A stretch of 64,000 bases of DNA from assembly GCA_002269645.1 (NCBI GenBank), contig NIVC01000114.1:62001-126000 (forward strand), given 5' to 3'. The first letter of the stretch is position 1. Every line of letters starts with the position of its first letter. Below are positions 12,180 through 23,912 of the stretch, in pieces. Made by a program: the position numbers and the translations under genes. The DNA is from Macrostomum lignano (taxonomy: Eukaryota). The notes beneath the pieces were generated by a model that saw only the letters and a list, made by a program, of their open reading frames with translations, searched no databases and was not told the DNA's origin.

Positions 12180-12901
12180 ATGCCGAAACTGCAACTCCTT
12201 GCTACAATATATCTTCTTTTGTTGCTAACCGAGGTCCAATTGACTTTGCTGTTGCCTGCCTCATCGGCAGCTTCTGGGATTCCGTTACATCGGTAGCTAT
12301 GTAGACACTTCTAACCGGGATCTGTCCGGACTGCGCGGTCTGAAGTCAATCGGTCCCTACTCCGTTAGTGCCGAAGTGCTAGTAAGACACGATTCGATGA
12401 CGCTGCAGCTCAGCGGCCGAGTCTAGCTGCAGTTCTTGTCCCGGCAACTCCACTCAAAAATGTGGAGCTAATTCCAGGAATTCCGTTTACGAAAGTTTCT
12501 TTTCTACCAACCGAGTATGTCCCACGTGTTGCTTGTCCACTGACATTGCATTTCTAGGCCTAAATTTATTATGTCTATAAAGTTCGTCCTACTGCCAGTG
12601 CACTTTAGTATACTACGAAGCTGTTTATCGCATATGCAACAACACGCGACCCGCAGTTGGACCGATGCTCAAAAAGCTACCAATTTCGTCCGTGCCGACT
12701 CTCTCCACTCGAATCAGCTCTGCTGCTCATCTCAGCGCAAGGGTCGGCGACGCCATCCAGTGCTTTGTTCTCTGCCACCTCAGCCAGGACTGCCTGGGCT
12801 GCGTCTTTGAGCCTTCAAAACTTCTGTGCCGGCTACTGAAGTTCGTCGCTGTGCCCTTTGAGGTGGCCAGCGAGGCTGAGTGGATCTGGATGAAGCTGTG
12901 A
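12180..12901 (+). pseudogene. Secreted WSC-domain plus PAN/apple-like protein, internally deleted and frameshifted
   Basis: Signal-like MPKLQLLATIYLLLLL. WSC start FRYIGSYVDTSNRDL...SMTLQL is joined out of frame at about 12414 to WSC end SCSSCPGNSTQKCGANSRNSVY. Downstream PAN-like AIQCFVLCHLSQDCLGCVFEPSKLLCRL. The WSC core and first Cys are missing, and there is an in-frame stop. Confidence 0.6.
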
Positions 12902-13450
12902 GGCTGAGTGGGTCTGGATGAAGCTGTGAGGCTGAGCGGGTCTGGATGAAGCTGAGGCTGAGTGGGTCTGGATGAAGCTGAGATGCTGAGTGGGTCTGGA
13001 TAAAGCTGAGAGGCTGAGCATTGGGTCTGGATGAAGCTGAGCAGTGTGTCTGGATGAAGCTGAGAGGCTGAGCAGTGGGTCTGGATGATATGCTGTGAGG
13101 CTGAGTGGGTCTGGATGAAGCTGAGGCTGAGTGGGTCTGGATGAAGCTGAGAGGCTGAGTGGGTCTGGATAAAGCTGAGAGGCTGAGCAGTGGGTCTGGA
13201 TGAAGCTGTGAAGCTGAGCAGTGTGTCTGGATGAAGCTGAGAGGCTGAGCAGTGGGTCTGGATGATATGCTGTGAGGCTGAGTGGGTCTGGATGAAGCTG
13301 AGAGGCTGAGTGGGTCTGGATAAAGCTGAGAGGCTGAGCAGTGGGTCTGGATAAAGCTGAGAGGCTGAGCAGTGGGTCTGGATGAAGCTGTGAGGCTGAG
13401 CAGTGGGTCTGGATGAAGCTGTGAGGATGAGCAGTGGGTCTGGGTGAAGG
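12870..13450. repeat. 26-31 bp satellite (right array), same family as 11560-12030
   Basis: Tandem array whose first unit is the last codons of the PAN-like ORF (EAEWIWMKL*). Confidence 0.93.
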
Positions 13451-13824
13451 TGAGGTACATGTAGAAGTTTTGAAAAAGAGGCTTTTTTCTATAGTTGCAA
13501 TGAGTCTATCTAGTGAAATGTATTTTGGTTTCTCTTTCCCCGGAAACGCTACAGTATAACGAAGGCCAACACCTACGTAGCTTGCAGCTGTGTTTTAACG
13601 CTGGCAATTAATATTTGACTATTGACAGAGAACTACATGTAAATGGAACTTTTATTTGCTTTTTAACAGAAAAGCAAACAAATATATGGAAATTTTTCTT
13701 CGCAGTTACACAGTTTCCTGCCACAAAAAACATCACTAAAAGCTTCAGGAAATTGACGTCTTTTGCGTTGTTTGAATCGTTGAGCTTGCCTCCACCCCCT
13801 GAATCGGCCTTTCCGCTCCCTTAA

Positions 13825-14480
13825 TTTCTGAATCAGCCTCTCCTCCCTCAGTCACTTAATCAGCCTCTCCTCCCTCAGTCACTGAATCTGCCTCTCCTCC
13901 CTCAGTCACTTAATCAGCCTCTCCTCCCTCGGTCACTTAATCAGCCTCTCCTCCCTCAGTCACTTAATCAGCCTCTCCTCCCTCAGTCACTTAATCAGCC
14001 TCTCCTCCCTCAGTCACTTAATCAGCCTCTCCTCCCTCAGTCACTGAATCAGCCTCTCCTCCCTCAGTCACTTAATCAGCCTCTCCTCCCTCAGTCACTT
14101 AGTCTGCCTCTCCTCCCTCAGTCACTTAATCAGCCTCTCCTCCCTCGGTCACTTAATCAGCCTCTCCTCCCTCAGTCACTGAATCAGCCTCTCCTCCCTC
14201 AGTCACTGAATCAGCCTCTCCTCCCTCAGTCACTTAATCAGCCTCTCCTCCCTCAGTCACTTAATCAGCCTCTCCTCCCTCAGTCACTGAATCAGCCTCT
14301 CCTCCCTCAGTCACTTAATCAGCCTCTCCTCCCTCAGTCCCTGAATCAGCCTCTCCTCCCTCAGTCACTTAATCAGCCTCTCCTCCCTCAGTCACTTAAT
14401 CAGCCTCTCCTCCCTCAGTCACTTAGTCTGCCTCTCCTCCCTCAGTCCCTGAATCAGCCTCCGCTCCTCTCTCAGTCCCT
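13825..14480. repeat. 27-bp minisatellite AATCAGCCTCTCCTCCCTCAGTCACTT
   Basis: Direct tandem array. Confidence 0.97.
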
Positions 14481-15329
14481 AAATTCTGCTTCTTCAAGTA
14501 TAGAAGCACTTGCAAAGTTGAGCAAAAGCAGAGAAAAGCCAACTAAAAAGCGAATAGTTTAGTTGTGCATTAACTTTGTGCTAGTTTTTATAACGCATAT
14601 AGATTGATGCATGAATAGAAAACAACTGTGTACAGAAGTAAGTAGTAAATGATGCTTTTAACGGTATTATATTTAAAATCAATAAAACACTATATAGTAT
14701 ATTCCAATGTGTGGAGTACAGGACATAAACTCTAAGCACTTTATACACAGATATTATATAGCATAAGCACTTTGATTCAATTAGACAAACGGCTCCACAG
14801 AAAACAAAACTAAACTGCTCACTTAAAAAAATCAATTTTAGACAAGAAAATCGATATATTGACAGAATTAATCAGTTGACAACAGCATGCTTACTTTTAT
14901 AAACCATAACTATAAATGATGATATTAAACATTTAGTTGAAAGACACTGTTAAACACTGTGTACAAATATTATTGAATTAATTTTTTGTGTGCATTTAGT
15001 TGAAGCGCGCACAAAAAAGATGAAATAGTATACTACTTATCGATGAAGTGTAAGTAGTGCACAAGAGATTATTTGCTATTTTTTGTTTATAAAGTTTATA
15101 TACTTCGAAATAAGAGTATGTTATTATCCAGATATAACATTCTTCTGTATCGTCACAAAGAAACAATACTAGCGTATACGTTATTTCGCAAAAGCACAAG
15201 AGACTACTGACAGAAAGTAGACACGGGATTTAAAATGTCGTTAGAAGCAATCCGGCAAATTTATAAGTATTCTTATGTATATATTATTGCTATGCACATT
15301 TAATATATGATGTACATTGGCAATGAACA

Positions 15330-15910
15330 CTAATGATTGTTACAGTGATGTACCTTTGCAAATTGCATGTACACCAATGATTGATCCAGTGATGTACATT
15401 GACAATGTACATGTACACCAATGATTGATCCAGTGATGTACATTTACAATGTACATGTACACCAATGATTGATCCAGTGATGTACATTGACAATGTACAT
15501 GTACACCAATGATTGATCCAGTGATGTACATTGACAATGTACATGTACACCAATGATTGATCCAGTGATGTACATTTACAATGTACATGTACACCAATGA
15601 TTGATCCAGTGATGTACATTGACAATGTACATGTACACCAATGATTGATCCAGTGATGTACATTGACAATGTACATGTACACCAATGATTGATCCAGTGA
15701 TGTACATTGACAATGTACATGGACACCAATGATTGATCCAGTGATGTACATTGACAATGTACATGTACACCAATGATTGATCCAGTGATGTACATTGACA
15801 ATGTACATGTACACCAATGATTGATCCAGTGATGTACATTGACAATGTACATGTACACCAATGATTGGTACAGTGATGTACATTGACAATGTACACTAGT
15901 GATGTGCATT
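15330..15910. repeat. 44-bp minisatellite GTACATGTACACCAATGATTGATCCAGTGATGTACATTGACAAT
   Basis: Direct tandem array; source of ORFs 15290-15909. Confidence 0.97.
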
Positions 15911-16551
15911 AATTATATAATGTACAGTATGTGTAAGAGTTCTAGTTTATCCGCAATTGCTTCGTAAGACTTCCCTCGCTCAAAAGAGAGTAATTCAAGC
16001 GATGGTAAAACAAAATAAAAATATTTAATGAGAACACACAGGGCAACATAGACTAATATATTGACAAATATACAATATTGCATTATTGTTGAATAATTGA
16101 TCAAGCAGTCACAATGCAGAACAAAAAACTTCAAAACTGACTCTCGTTTCCCCTCAAAAGAACACACAATGATATAAAAGGCAGATTTTCTTAGGAAACG
16201 ACACAAAAAACGCAATACATCCTACTAGGAATCCAGATGGAAACAGTAGTAGATAGAATAAACGACAAATTGAATAAGATTTGTGTACCTAAAATTGATT
16301 AATAATTCTGCAACATTAGAAACAGACACAAGTTGAAGCTTCCTGTGACAAGAAACAATTTACAATTCGAATTTTTTCATAATCTCTTTTTAGCAGCTGT
16401 AGAAATGTTTTAAATCATTGTTATAGATTGTAAACAATATTTGTTCAACTGCAAGACCACAAACAACTAAAGCAGGAAAAAGCTACACTATACTAGGTTG
16501 AAAAGGTTATAGTAAATTCTCTTTTCATTAAATTCCAACTGGAGGGAGACC

Positions 16552-16668
16552 AGCGCAGTGTTGAATAAATAAGGTTTGGCCATAGACAAATTACGAGGCT
16601 CTCGGGGCTCTTTACTGTATTTTTCACAACCAAATATGTCTATGGCCAAACCCCATTAAGTACTGCGC
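16552..16668. other. Short foldback / MITE-like inverted repeat downstream of UBL3
   Basis: Perfect 16-bp inverted repeat GGTTTGGCCATAGACA (16573-16588) / TGTCTATGGCCAAACC (16637-16652), plus an outer GCGCAGT/ACTGCGC pair. Confidence 0.6.
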
Positions 16669-16795
16669 AGTTGAAGAAGAAACCATAACAAAAATTTGCT
16701 AGTGCAGCCTCCTATTACTGCAGTTGTCAATTAGGTAAAGTCTTTGAAAAGCTTATCAATATACCTGCTTTAATAGGCAAAATGATGTACTGACT

Positions 16796-16948
16796 TTACA
16801 GTATGGTGCAGCAGCAGGTGCAGCCGCAGCAACAGCCCGAGTCGCCATTCTTGCCGCGACGGTTTTCACCTGTAGATTTAGAGTACATCGGAGGGCATTG
16901 TTTCACAGTGAAATTTTACTGGGTCTATTCTCTTTAATCTAGATAGAG

Positions 16949-16984
<36 letters not shown>

Positions 16985-17033
16985 GGATAGATAGATAGAT
17001 AGATAGACGGATAGATAGATAGATAGATAGATG

Positions 17034-17066
<33 letters not shown>

Positions 17067-17109
17067 GATAGACAGACAGATAGATAGAAAGATAGACAGA
17101 TAGATAAGA

Positions 17110-17141
<32 letters not shown>

Positions 17142-17203
17142 TAGATAGAAAGATAGACAGATAGATAAGATAGATAGATAGATAAATAGATAGATAGATG
17201 GAT

Positions 17204-17239
<36 letters not shown>

Positions 17240-17377
17240 TAATTGATTGATAGATGATAGATAGATAGATAGATAAGATAGACAGACAGACAGATAGATA
17301 GAAAGATAGACAGATAGATAAGATAGATAGATAGATAAATAGATAGATGGATAGAAAGATAGATAGATAAGATACTG

Positions 17378-17444
<67 letters not shown>

Positions 17445-19972
17445 AGATAGATAGATAGATAGATAGAGAGATAGACAGATAGATAGCTTAAGATTCTCTT
17501 AAGATAAGTACGTGTAGTTCTATTGAACTACTGCTTGGCAAACATTGCATTCTAGCTTCTAGGAAAACACAGCAATGGGCCTTTGAGGGCTGTGCCTGGA
17601 TGCTGATTAATTATTTATGTGCAGACAGATGAGCAAGAGACTGTAGAAGCTGTTGAGCTGAGCAGGGAAAACTGCGCTTTGCTGATCAAGGGATGCGTGA
17701 GATGAAACACTGGGATCTTTGCCGGCGCACAGCATAATGACTAGCTAGAATATTATGAATATTTAAATGACTCAGTTACAATGACTGAAAATATGAATAA
17801 ATGACCAAACTGACTGAGCGAGTGTTTGACTGAACGAGCACGAGAGTGACCGTGTGAGTGCTGGAGTGAGTGAGCGAGTGCTAGAGTGACTGTGTGAGTG
17901 CTAGAGTGACTGTGTGAGTGCTGGAGTGAGTGAGCGAGTGCTAGAGTGACTGTGTGAGTGCTAGAGTGACCGTGTGAGTGCTGGAGTGAGTGAGCGAGTG
18001 CTAGAGTGACTGTGTGAGTGCTAGAGTGACTGTGTGAGTGCTGGAGTGAGTGAGCGAGTGCTAGAGTGAGTGAGCGAGTGCTAGAGTGACCGTGTGAGTG
18101 CTGGAGTGAATGAGCGAGTGCTAGAGTGACCGTGTGAGTGCTAGAGTGACTGTGTGAGTGCTAGAGTGACTGTGTGAGTGCTGGAGTGAGTGAGCGAGTG
18201 CTAGAGTGACTGTGTGAGTGCTAGAGTGACTGTGTGAGTGCTAGAGTGACCGTGTGAGTGCTGGAGTGAGTGAGCGAGTGCTAGAGTGACTGTGTGAGTG
18301 CTGGAGTGAGTGAGCGAGTGCTAGAGTGACTGTGTGAGTGCTGGAGTGAGTGAGCGAGTGCTAGAGTGACCGTGTGAGTGCTAGAGTGACTGGGGGAATG
18401 CTAGAGTGACCGTGTGAGTGCTGGAGTGACTGTGTGAGTGCTAGAGTGACTGGGGGAATGCTAGAGTGACTGTGTGAGTGCTAGAGTGACTGGGGGAATG
18501 CTAGAGTGACCGTGTGAGTGCTGGAGTGACTGTGTGAGTGCTAGAGTGACTGGGGGAATGCTAGAGTGACCGTGTGAGTGCTGGAGTGACTGTGTGAGTG
18601 CTAGAGTGACTGGGGGAATGCTAGAGTGACCGTGTGAGTGCTGGAGTGACTGTGTGAGTGCTAGAGTGACCGTGTGAGTGCTGGAGTGAGTGAGCGAGTG
18701 CTAGAGTGAGTGAGCGAGTGCTAGAGTGACCGTGTGAGTGCTGGAGTGAATGAGCGAGTGCTAGAGTGACCGTGTGAGTGCTGGAGTGACTGTGTGAGTG
18801 CTAGAGTGACTGTGAGTGCTAAAGTGACTGTGTGAGTGCTAGAGTGACTGGGGGAATGCTAGAGTGACCGTGTGAGTGCTGGAGTGACTGTGTGAGTGCT
18901 AGAGTGACTGGGGGAATGCTAGAGTGACCGTGTGAGTGCTGGAGTGACTGTGTGAGTGCTAGAGTGACCGTGTGAGTGCTGGAGTGAGTGAGCGAGTGCT
19001 AGAGTGAGTGAGCGAGTGCTAGAGTGACCGTGTGAGTGCTGGAGTGAATGAGCGAGTGCTAGAGTGACCGTGTGAGTGCTGGAGTGAATGAGCGAGTGCT
19101 AGAGTGACCGTGTGAGTGCTGGAGTGAGTGAGCGAGTACTAGAGTGACTGTGTGAGTGCTAGAGTGACCGTGTGAGTGCTGGAGTGAGTGAGCGAGTGCT
19201 AGAGTGACTGTGTGAGTGCTGGAGTGACTGTGTGAGTGCTAGAGTGACTGTGAGTGCTAAAGTGACTGTGTGAGTGCTGGAGTGAGTGAGCGAGTGCCAG
19301 AGTGACAGGAGTGTCAGACCGAAAACAGCAGCATACAAAGCCATCATCAACTTACCCTCTCTGTGCGGCTCTGGCGCCGTGTCCCTAGCAACTAAATGCA
19401 TGACGGTGGTTTTGCCGACTGGCAACCGCAGCGCCGCTAGCGTGACGCTGCGGTGCAGAAACCGGCCCTGGTAGATGAGGCGCAGAATGTTGGATGCCGG
19501 ACGAGGCACCTCAGACCAATCTGCAGTGGGGAATGTTATCACAGTTATCACTGATAGACACCTGCAGACGTGACTGGGGTTACGGTGACCCAGCAACTGA
19601 GGATCTGGGAGGCTGGCCCAGCAACTGAGGATCTGGGAGTCTGGCCCAGTAACTGAGGATCTGGGAGACTGGCCCAGCAACTGAGGATCTAAGCGTGTGG
19701 CCCTACCTAGCAACTATAGACCAGAGAGACTAAAAAATCCCACTGAACATAATCCTCAGCGCATAAGGCAACATAAATCAGTCTAAGAAAAAGCAATAAA
19801 ACCAGACAGCCCCCGCACCTTCCGGCCAGTTGTTGTACACGAACTCCGTGATCTCCTCGGCGCAATCGTCAGGATTGAACAGGAAATTGTGAGTCTCCCC
19901 GGTGACCAGCAGCAGGCGAAGATTCACCCGCTCGGCTGGCACAGTAGGAGAATGAGGCCGGTCAGTTTCCAT
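16796..19972 (-). CDS. UBL3: Ubiquitin-like protein 3 (membrane-anchored Ub-fold); exons 19972-19819, 19520-19356, 16869-16796 (about 130 aa)
   Basis: [21 protein letters not shown]...VYNNWPE|DW...[42 protein letters not shown]|...[13 protein letters not shown] (CaaX). Both introns are phase 1 with GTGCGG/GTAAGT donors and CAG acceptors. The true 5' end may be a further upstream exon, since there is a good acceptor at 19936. Confidence 0.93.
16950..17487. repeat. (GATA)n/(GACA)n microsatellite in UBL3 intron 2
   Basis: Direct. Confidence 0.97.
17835..19310. repeat. 20-bp minisatellite GAGTGCTAGAGTGACTGTGT in UBL3 intron 2
   Basis: Direct tandem array with recurring variant blocks. Confidence 0.97.
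19588..19690. repeat. 27-bp repeat (about 4 copies) CCCAGCAACTGAGGATCTGGGAGxCTG in UBL3 intron 1
   Basis: Direct. Confidence 0.85.
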
Positions 19973-19978
19973 GGCAAC
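19965..19978. promoter_or_regulatory. RFX X-box-like palindrome GTTTCCATGGCAAC at the UBL3 5' end
   Basis: Matches the RFX X-box consensus GTTNCCATGGNAAC and overlaps the putative ATG. Function not demonstrated. Confidence 0.4.
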
Positions 19979-20739
19979 GCAGCTAGCGGTCTCTAATATA
20001 TGCTTTGGTATGTTCTCTGATGCTCTCTCAAAGAAACCTGACAAAACTGCATGAATGCATAAGTTTTTGTCAATACAGTTGACAATTGACAAGCTAGATT
20101 ACGTGTGATTCATATTTCTTTTGAAGTATCCGCCCCTAAGAGCTGCAAGCTAGGCTAGCAGTCTCTGTCAATAAGTTTCATAAAAAAAGATTTTAAAATG
20201 TTCTTACTACTACTAGTTTACTACTGACACAAAAGCAAACAAGCCTTATTGGGACAAATCTAAAAAAGAATATGTTGATGCCCTAATAACTGTATAGACA
20301 GCTTTGTTGTATCATTTTTTTATTAAAAAGTAAATTGAATAGCCAATGTGAAAATGTGTATGCATGCGCAACTGCTGGCCAACCTGGCCCATCTGGCTAC
20401 TATAAATTGTGGTAGACCAGGGTAAGTTGCAAAATTAAGTTGATCAAAAACAAAAAGCCAAGAAACCAAGGAAATAGAAATGGTGAAGCAAAAGAAAAAC
20501 AAGTTGCAACAAAAGCAAATTAAGTTGCACAGATGATTAGGTAAGTCACAAAAGGAGCAACTAATTTGCAAAAAGGATTAAGTAAGTCAGCAGCCTATGC
20601 CAATAGTTTCCCATTGATTTCCTAAACTCTTGAGCAGGGGTCAGCAAACACTGGCTCACGAAGTCCCTCTATCTAGCCTTTGCCCCTTGGGTTCTTTGAA
20701 ACTTCCTAATTAGAAAGGTTGGTGTCTCTTCAACTGTTT

Positions 20740-21270
20740 TCTCTCTCCCTTCTCTACTTTCTCTCCCCTTTTCCTTCTCTTTTCCCCTCTCCTTTCTCCC
20801 TTTTTCTTTCTACCCTTTCTCCTCAATGCCCTCTTCTATCCTTTAATCTTCAGCAAAAATGTGAGCAAATTTTCTTACTTCAAAGGAGAGGAAATAGAAG
20901 ATTAGAGATGAGCAAACAGAGAAGTAAGCAATGTGATAGGAGAAAGGATAAAATAAGAGAGAAAAGCTGAGTGAGGGATGAAAGAGATAAGAGAGAAGAA
21001 GAGATAAGAAGAAAGAGAAGAGATGAGATTATAGATAAGATCAGAAAAGAAGAGAGATGAGAGAAAAGAAGAAAGGACAGAAAAGAATAGATCAAAGAAA
21101 ATAGGATATAAGAAGAGAGAGTGAAGAGAGTAAAGAAAGAAGAAAGAGAAGAGGAAATTAGAGAGGAAAGATAAGATGAGAGATTAGAATAGAAAGAGAT
21201 GAGAGGAGAGAGAAGAGATAAGAGAGGAAGAAAAAGAAAAAGAGACAGATAAGATTGAGAAGAGGAAAAA
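20740..21270. repeat. Pyrimidine-rich then purine (GA)-rich low-complexity tract
   Basis: Direct. Confidence 0.85.
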
Positions 21271-21992
21271 CATTATAAAGGCCTCAAATCTTAATTTAAC
21301 ATGCATTAACTCTTAACTTTGTTTGCCTTTTTCCTCACTGTTAACAAGTTTTTATTTGAGAATGACTTCAAATTTAAGAATCTAGGCTATATAAAGATAG
21401 TTCTATGAATTAAACTTTAGTGGTATTAAAATCTATGGGCTTTAACAGCTTGTATCTCTACTGGATTCATATTTTGAATCTAATGAACTATTTGAATCAG
21501 GGCTCTACATTGTATATGCTTATTTTTGATTGCAAGGCTAATGCATACCCAAATGTTTAGGCATAGGCCTATACTATGTTATGTTATCCAGAGCATGGTT
21601 TTTAATTAAACTATAAGACTTATACTTGTTACATATAAAACAAAGTTAGGCCTATTGAGTTGTAATGTTTAAATAGGTTTCTTTATTAATAGATTGTATA
21701 AAAAGCTTAAAACACTTGCTTATAAAATTTAGGTACCAAAAACTTATATATTTATTTAAGGTAAACAAAAATTATACAAAAAATTGTATACAAATTTGTT
21801 CCAAAATAGTTAGGGCCCTATAAAGATTGTATTTTGGCTCTGCCTTAAGGCTCGAACCATGCATCTATGGCTATATGCAAACAAAACTTATATTATAATG
21901 TAGCAGCAGAATTTGACTTGGTTTTCCATGCTGCCACATAGAATGAGGTTTAGCCCCAAATGTTGCCTTTGGGTTAAGCACTCTGCCTCAAT

Positions 21993-22570
21993 CCAGTGTG
22001 CGGATCATGTACCCGTGTACGCCGGAAAAAATTCGGGCGTCAAGGACTTTGTACGCCAGTGTACGCCAAAAACAAAAAGTTGCACTCAAATGTACACTAA
22101 AAATTCCAAAAAAAGGGTCATTCGGTTTTCACGAGTAGAGTTTTCTAGGAAAGGCTTTCGTATGAAAAGTGTCTTTAAAATATTACGAATATTGTCAGTT
22201 TAAACAAACTTAAATAACACCTACAAAAAATATCATGCAAAGTTAATACTTTCAGCAAAATTTTACACTAGTTTAATTTTTTTTTTAACTTAAAATAAGC
22301 AAAAAGTTTATCACTGACGATATAAATTTTCCTTTACTTTACGTAAAAACATTAATTTACATTACAATTTTCATGCACGGCATGAATTGATTCACCAAAA
22401 TTTGTACGCCAAAAAAGTATGCGTGGCTGTGTTACTTGTGTACGCCAATAGTGTACGCCAACAAAGTGCGCCAGGGGTTGTGTACACCGATTGTGTACGC
22501 CAAGGACTGAGGGTGGCCGTTTTGTACGCCGGAAAAGTTCCGGCGTACATGCATACCATCCGCAACCTGG
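21993..22570. mobile_element. 578-bp MITE (hAT-like): imperfect TIRs of about 33 bp, 8-bp TSD GCCTCAAT
   Basis: TSD at 21985-21992 and 22571-22578. Left end CCAGTGTGCGGAT...TGTACGCCGG; right end (reverse complement) CCAGGTTGCGGAT...TGTACGCCGG. Many subterminal TGTACGCC motifs. Non-coding. Confidence 0.82.
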
Positions 22571-23912
22571 GCCTCAATATTGTCATATTTTTGTTTGTTA
22601 TTATTCTTCCAATGCCTTAAAAAATTGTTTTAACTTTTTTGTAATATTTTGTTTGCCCAATAGCATTTTTTCTGTTTTTACAACTAAGTTGTAAATATAA
22701 CTTTAACTAGGCCTAATATTTTTATGGCTAGTTATAAAAATGTAACAAATTGGTTAGGCCTAGGACTATAGTAAAAAATAAGTAGGCTCTATTCTATAAA
22801 AATTTAAATAAAAAAAGGCCTAAGTCTAAAAATAGATTTATCTAACACTTATCAACCTTTTAGTTTTACTTTTAGCTACGCCTAAAAATAAAATAAAAAA
22901 ACAAAAAAGTAATTTAATACAAAGTAGGCTAGGCTAGGCTATGAGATTCACTTAGGATATTAGGCCTATTATGAACTGCATTACTTATTTAACTTAGTCT
23001 TCCTAATCTTAGGCCTATATTATAGGGCCTAATATTATATTAAAACAAATATAGGCCTAAGACTAAACTTTTAATTTAGCCAACTATCTTACTCTCCATA
23101 GTTCTATACTACTTTTCTACTCTATCTAAGCCTATATCATATGCTTTATCCTATCTTTCTTCTTACCCTAGACCCTATTACCCTTTGGCTATACTATCTT
23201 GACCTAGGCACTTGCCTTAGCCAACCTCTATCCCTCCTAAGTCCTACCTTGTCCTTGCCATTGCCCTATTTTAGTATTTTGCTTTGTGCACTAGATTGCT
23301 AGTTTGCTCTAAAATAAAAAATTAGTAGGCCTAGTATTATTATGAGTATTAGAAACTGTTTTTGTCATTTTAGATCAAGTGACAAGACAATAATACAATA
23401 TCACAACACAACACCAGTCAGTATTTTGCGCCAAAGTAAGCCAAAAATGTTGAATCTAGCTGATAATTCTAAATATATATCAACACCATGTCAATGACTA
23501 GGGTCCTTTAGATTATAGATATCTAAGTCATAACTCATAATCTTCAACTTGCAACTTGCAGTTGCATCATCTGATCATCATCGTCTGATCTACTAGTCGA
23601 CCCGAGAAAAATGCCCAAAAAAGTATACTTTAAAATAGTCTCACATTTTAAACAAATTATAGAACGGCTCATTGCATAAAAGTCATGCAAAAAAACATGT
23701 CTATACTTAGCTTAAATGCATAAAAAATTTTCAACTACAGTTTAAAAGCGTGCTCGAGGCACTAATTATTTTTATGGATTTTTTCCATAAAAATCCTGAA
23801 GCGTCCTTTAATAAACCACGCAAAGATAACACAAAAGAATCGTTCAGTTTAACCAGAACAGAAAATTGGATTAAGTTTTATCAGCGCAGATTATTTTAGG
23901 ATCGTTGTAGAA

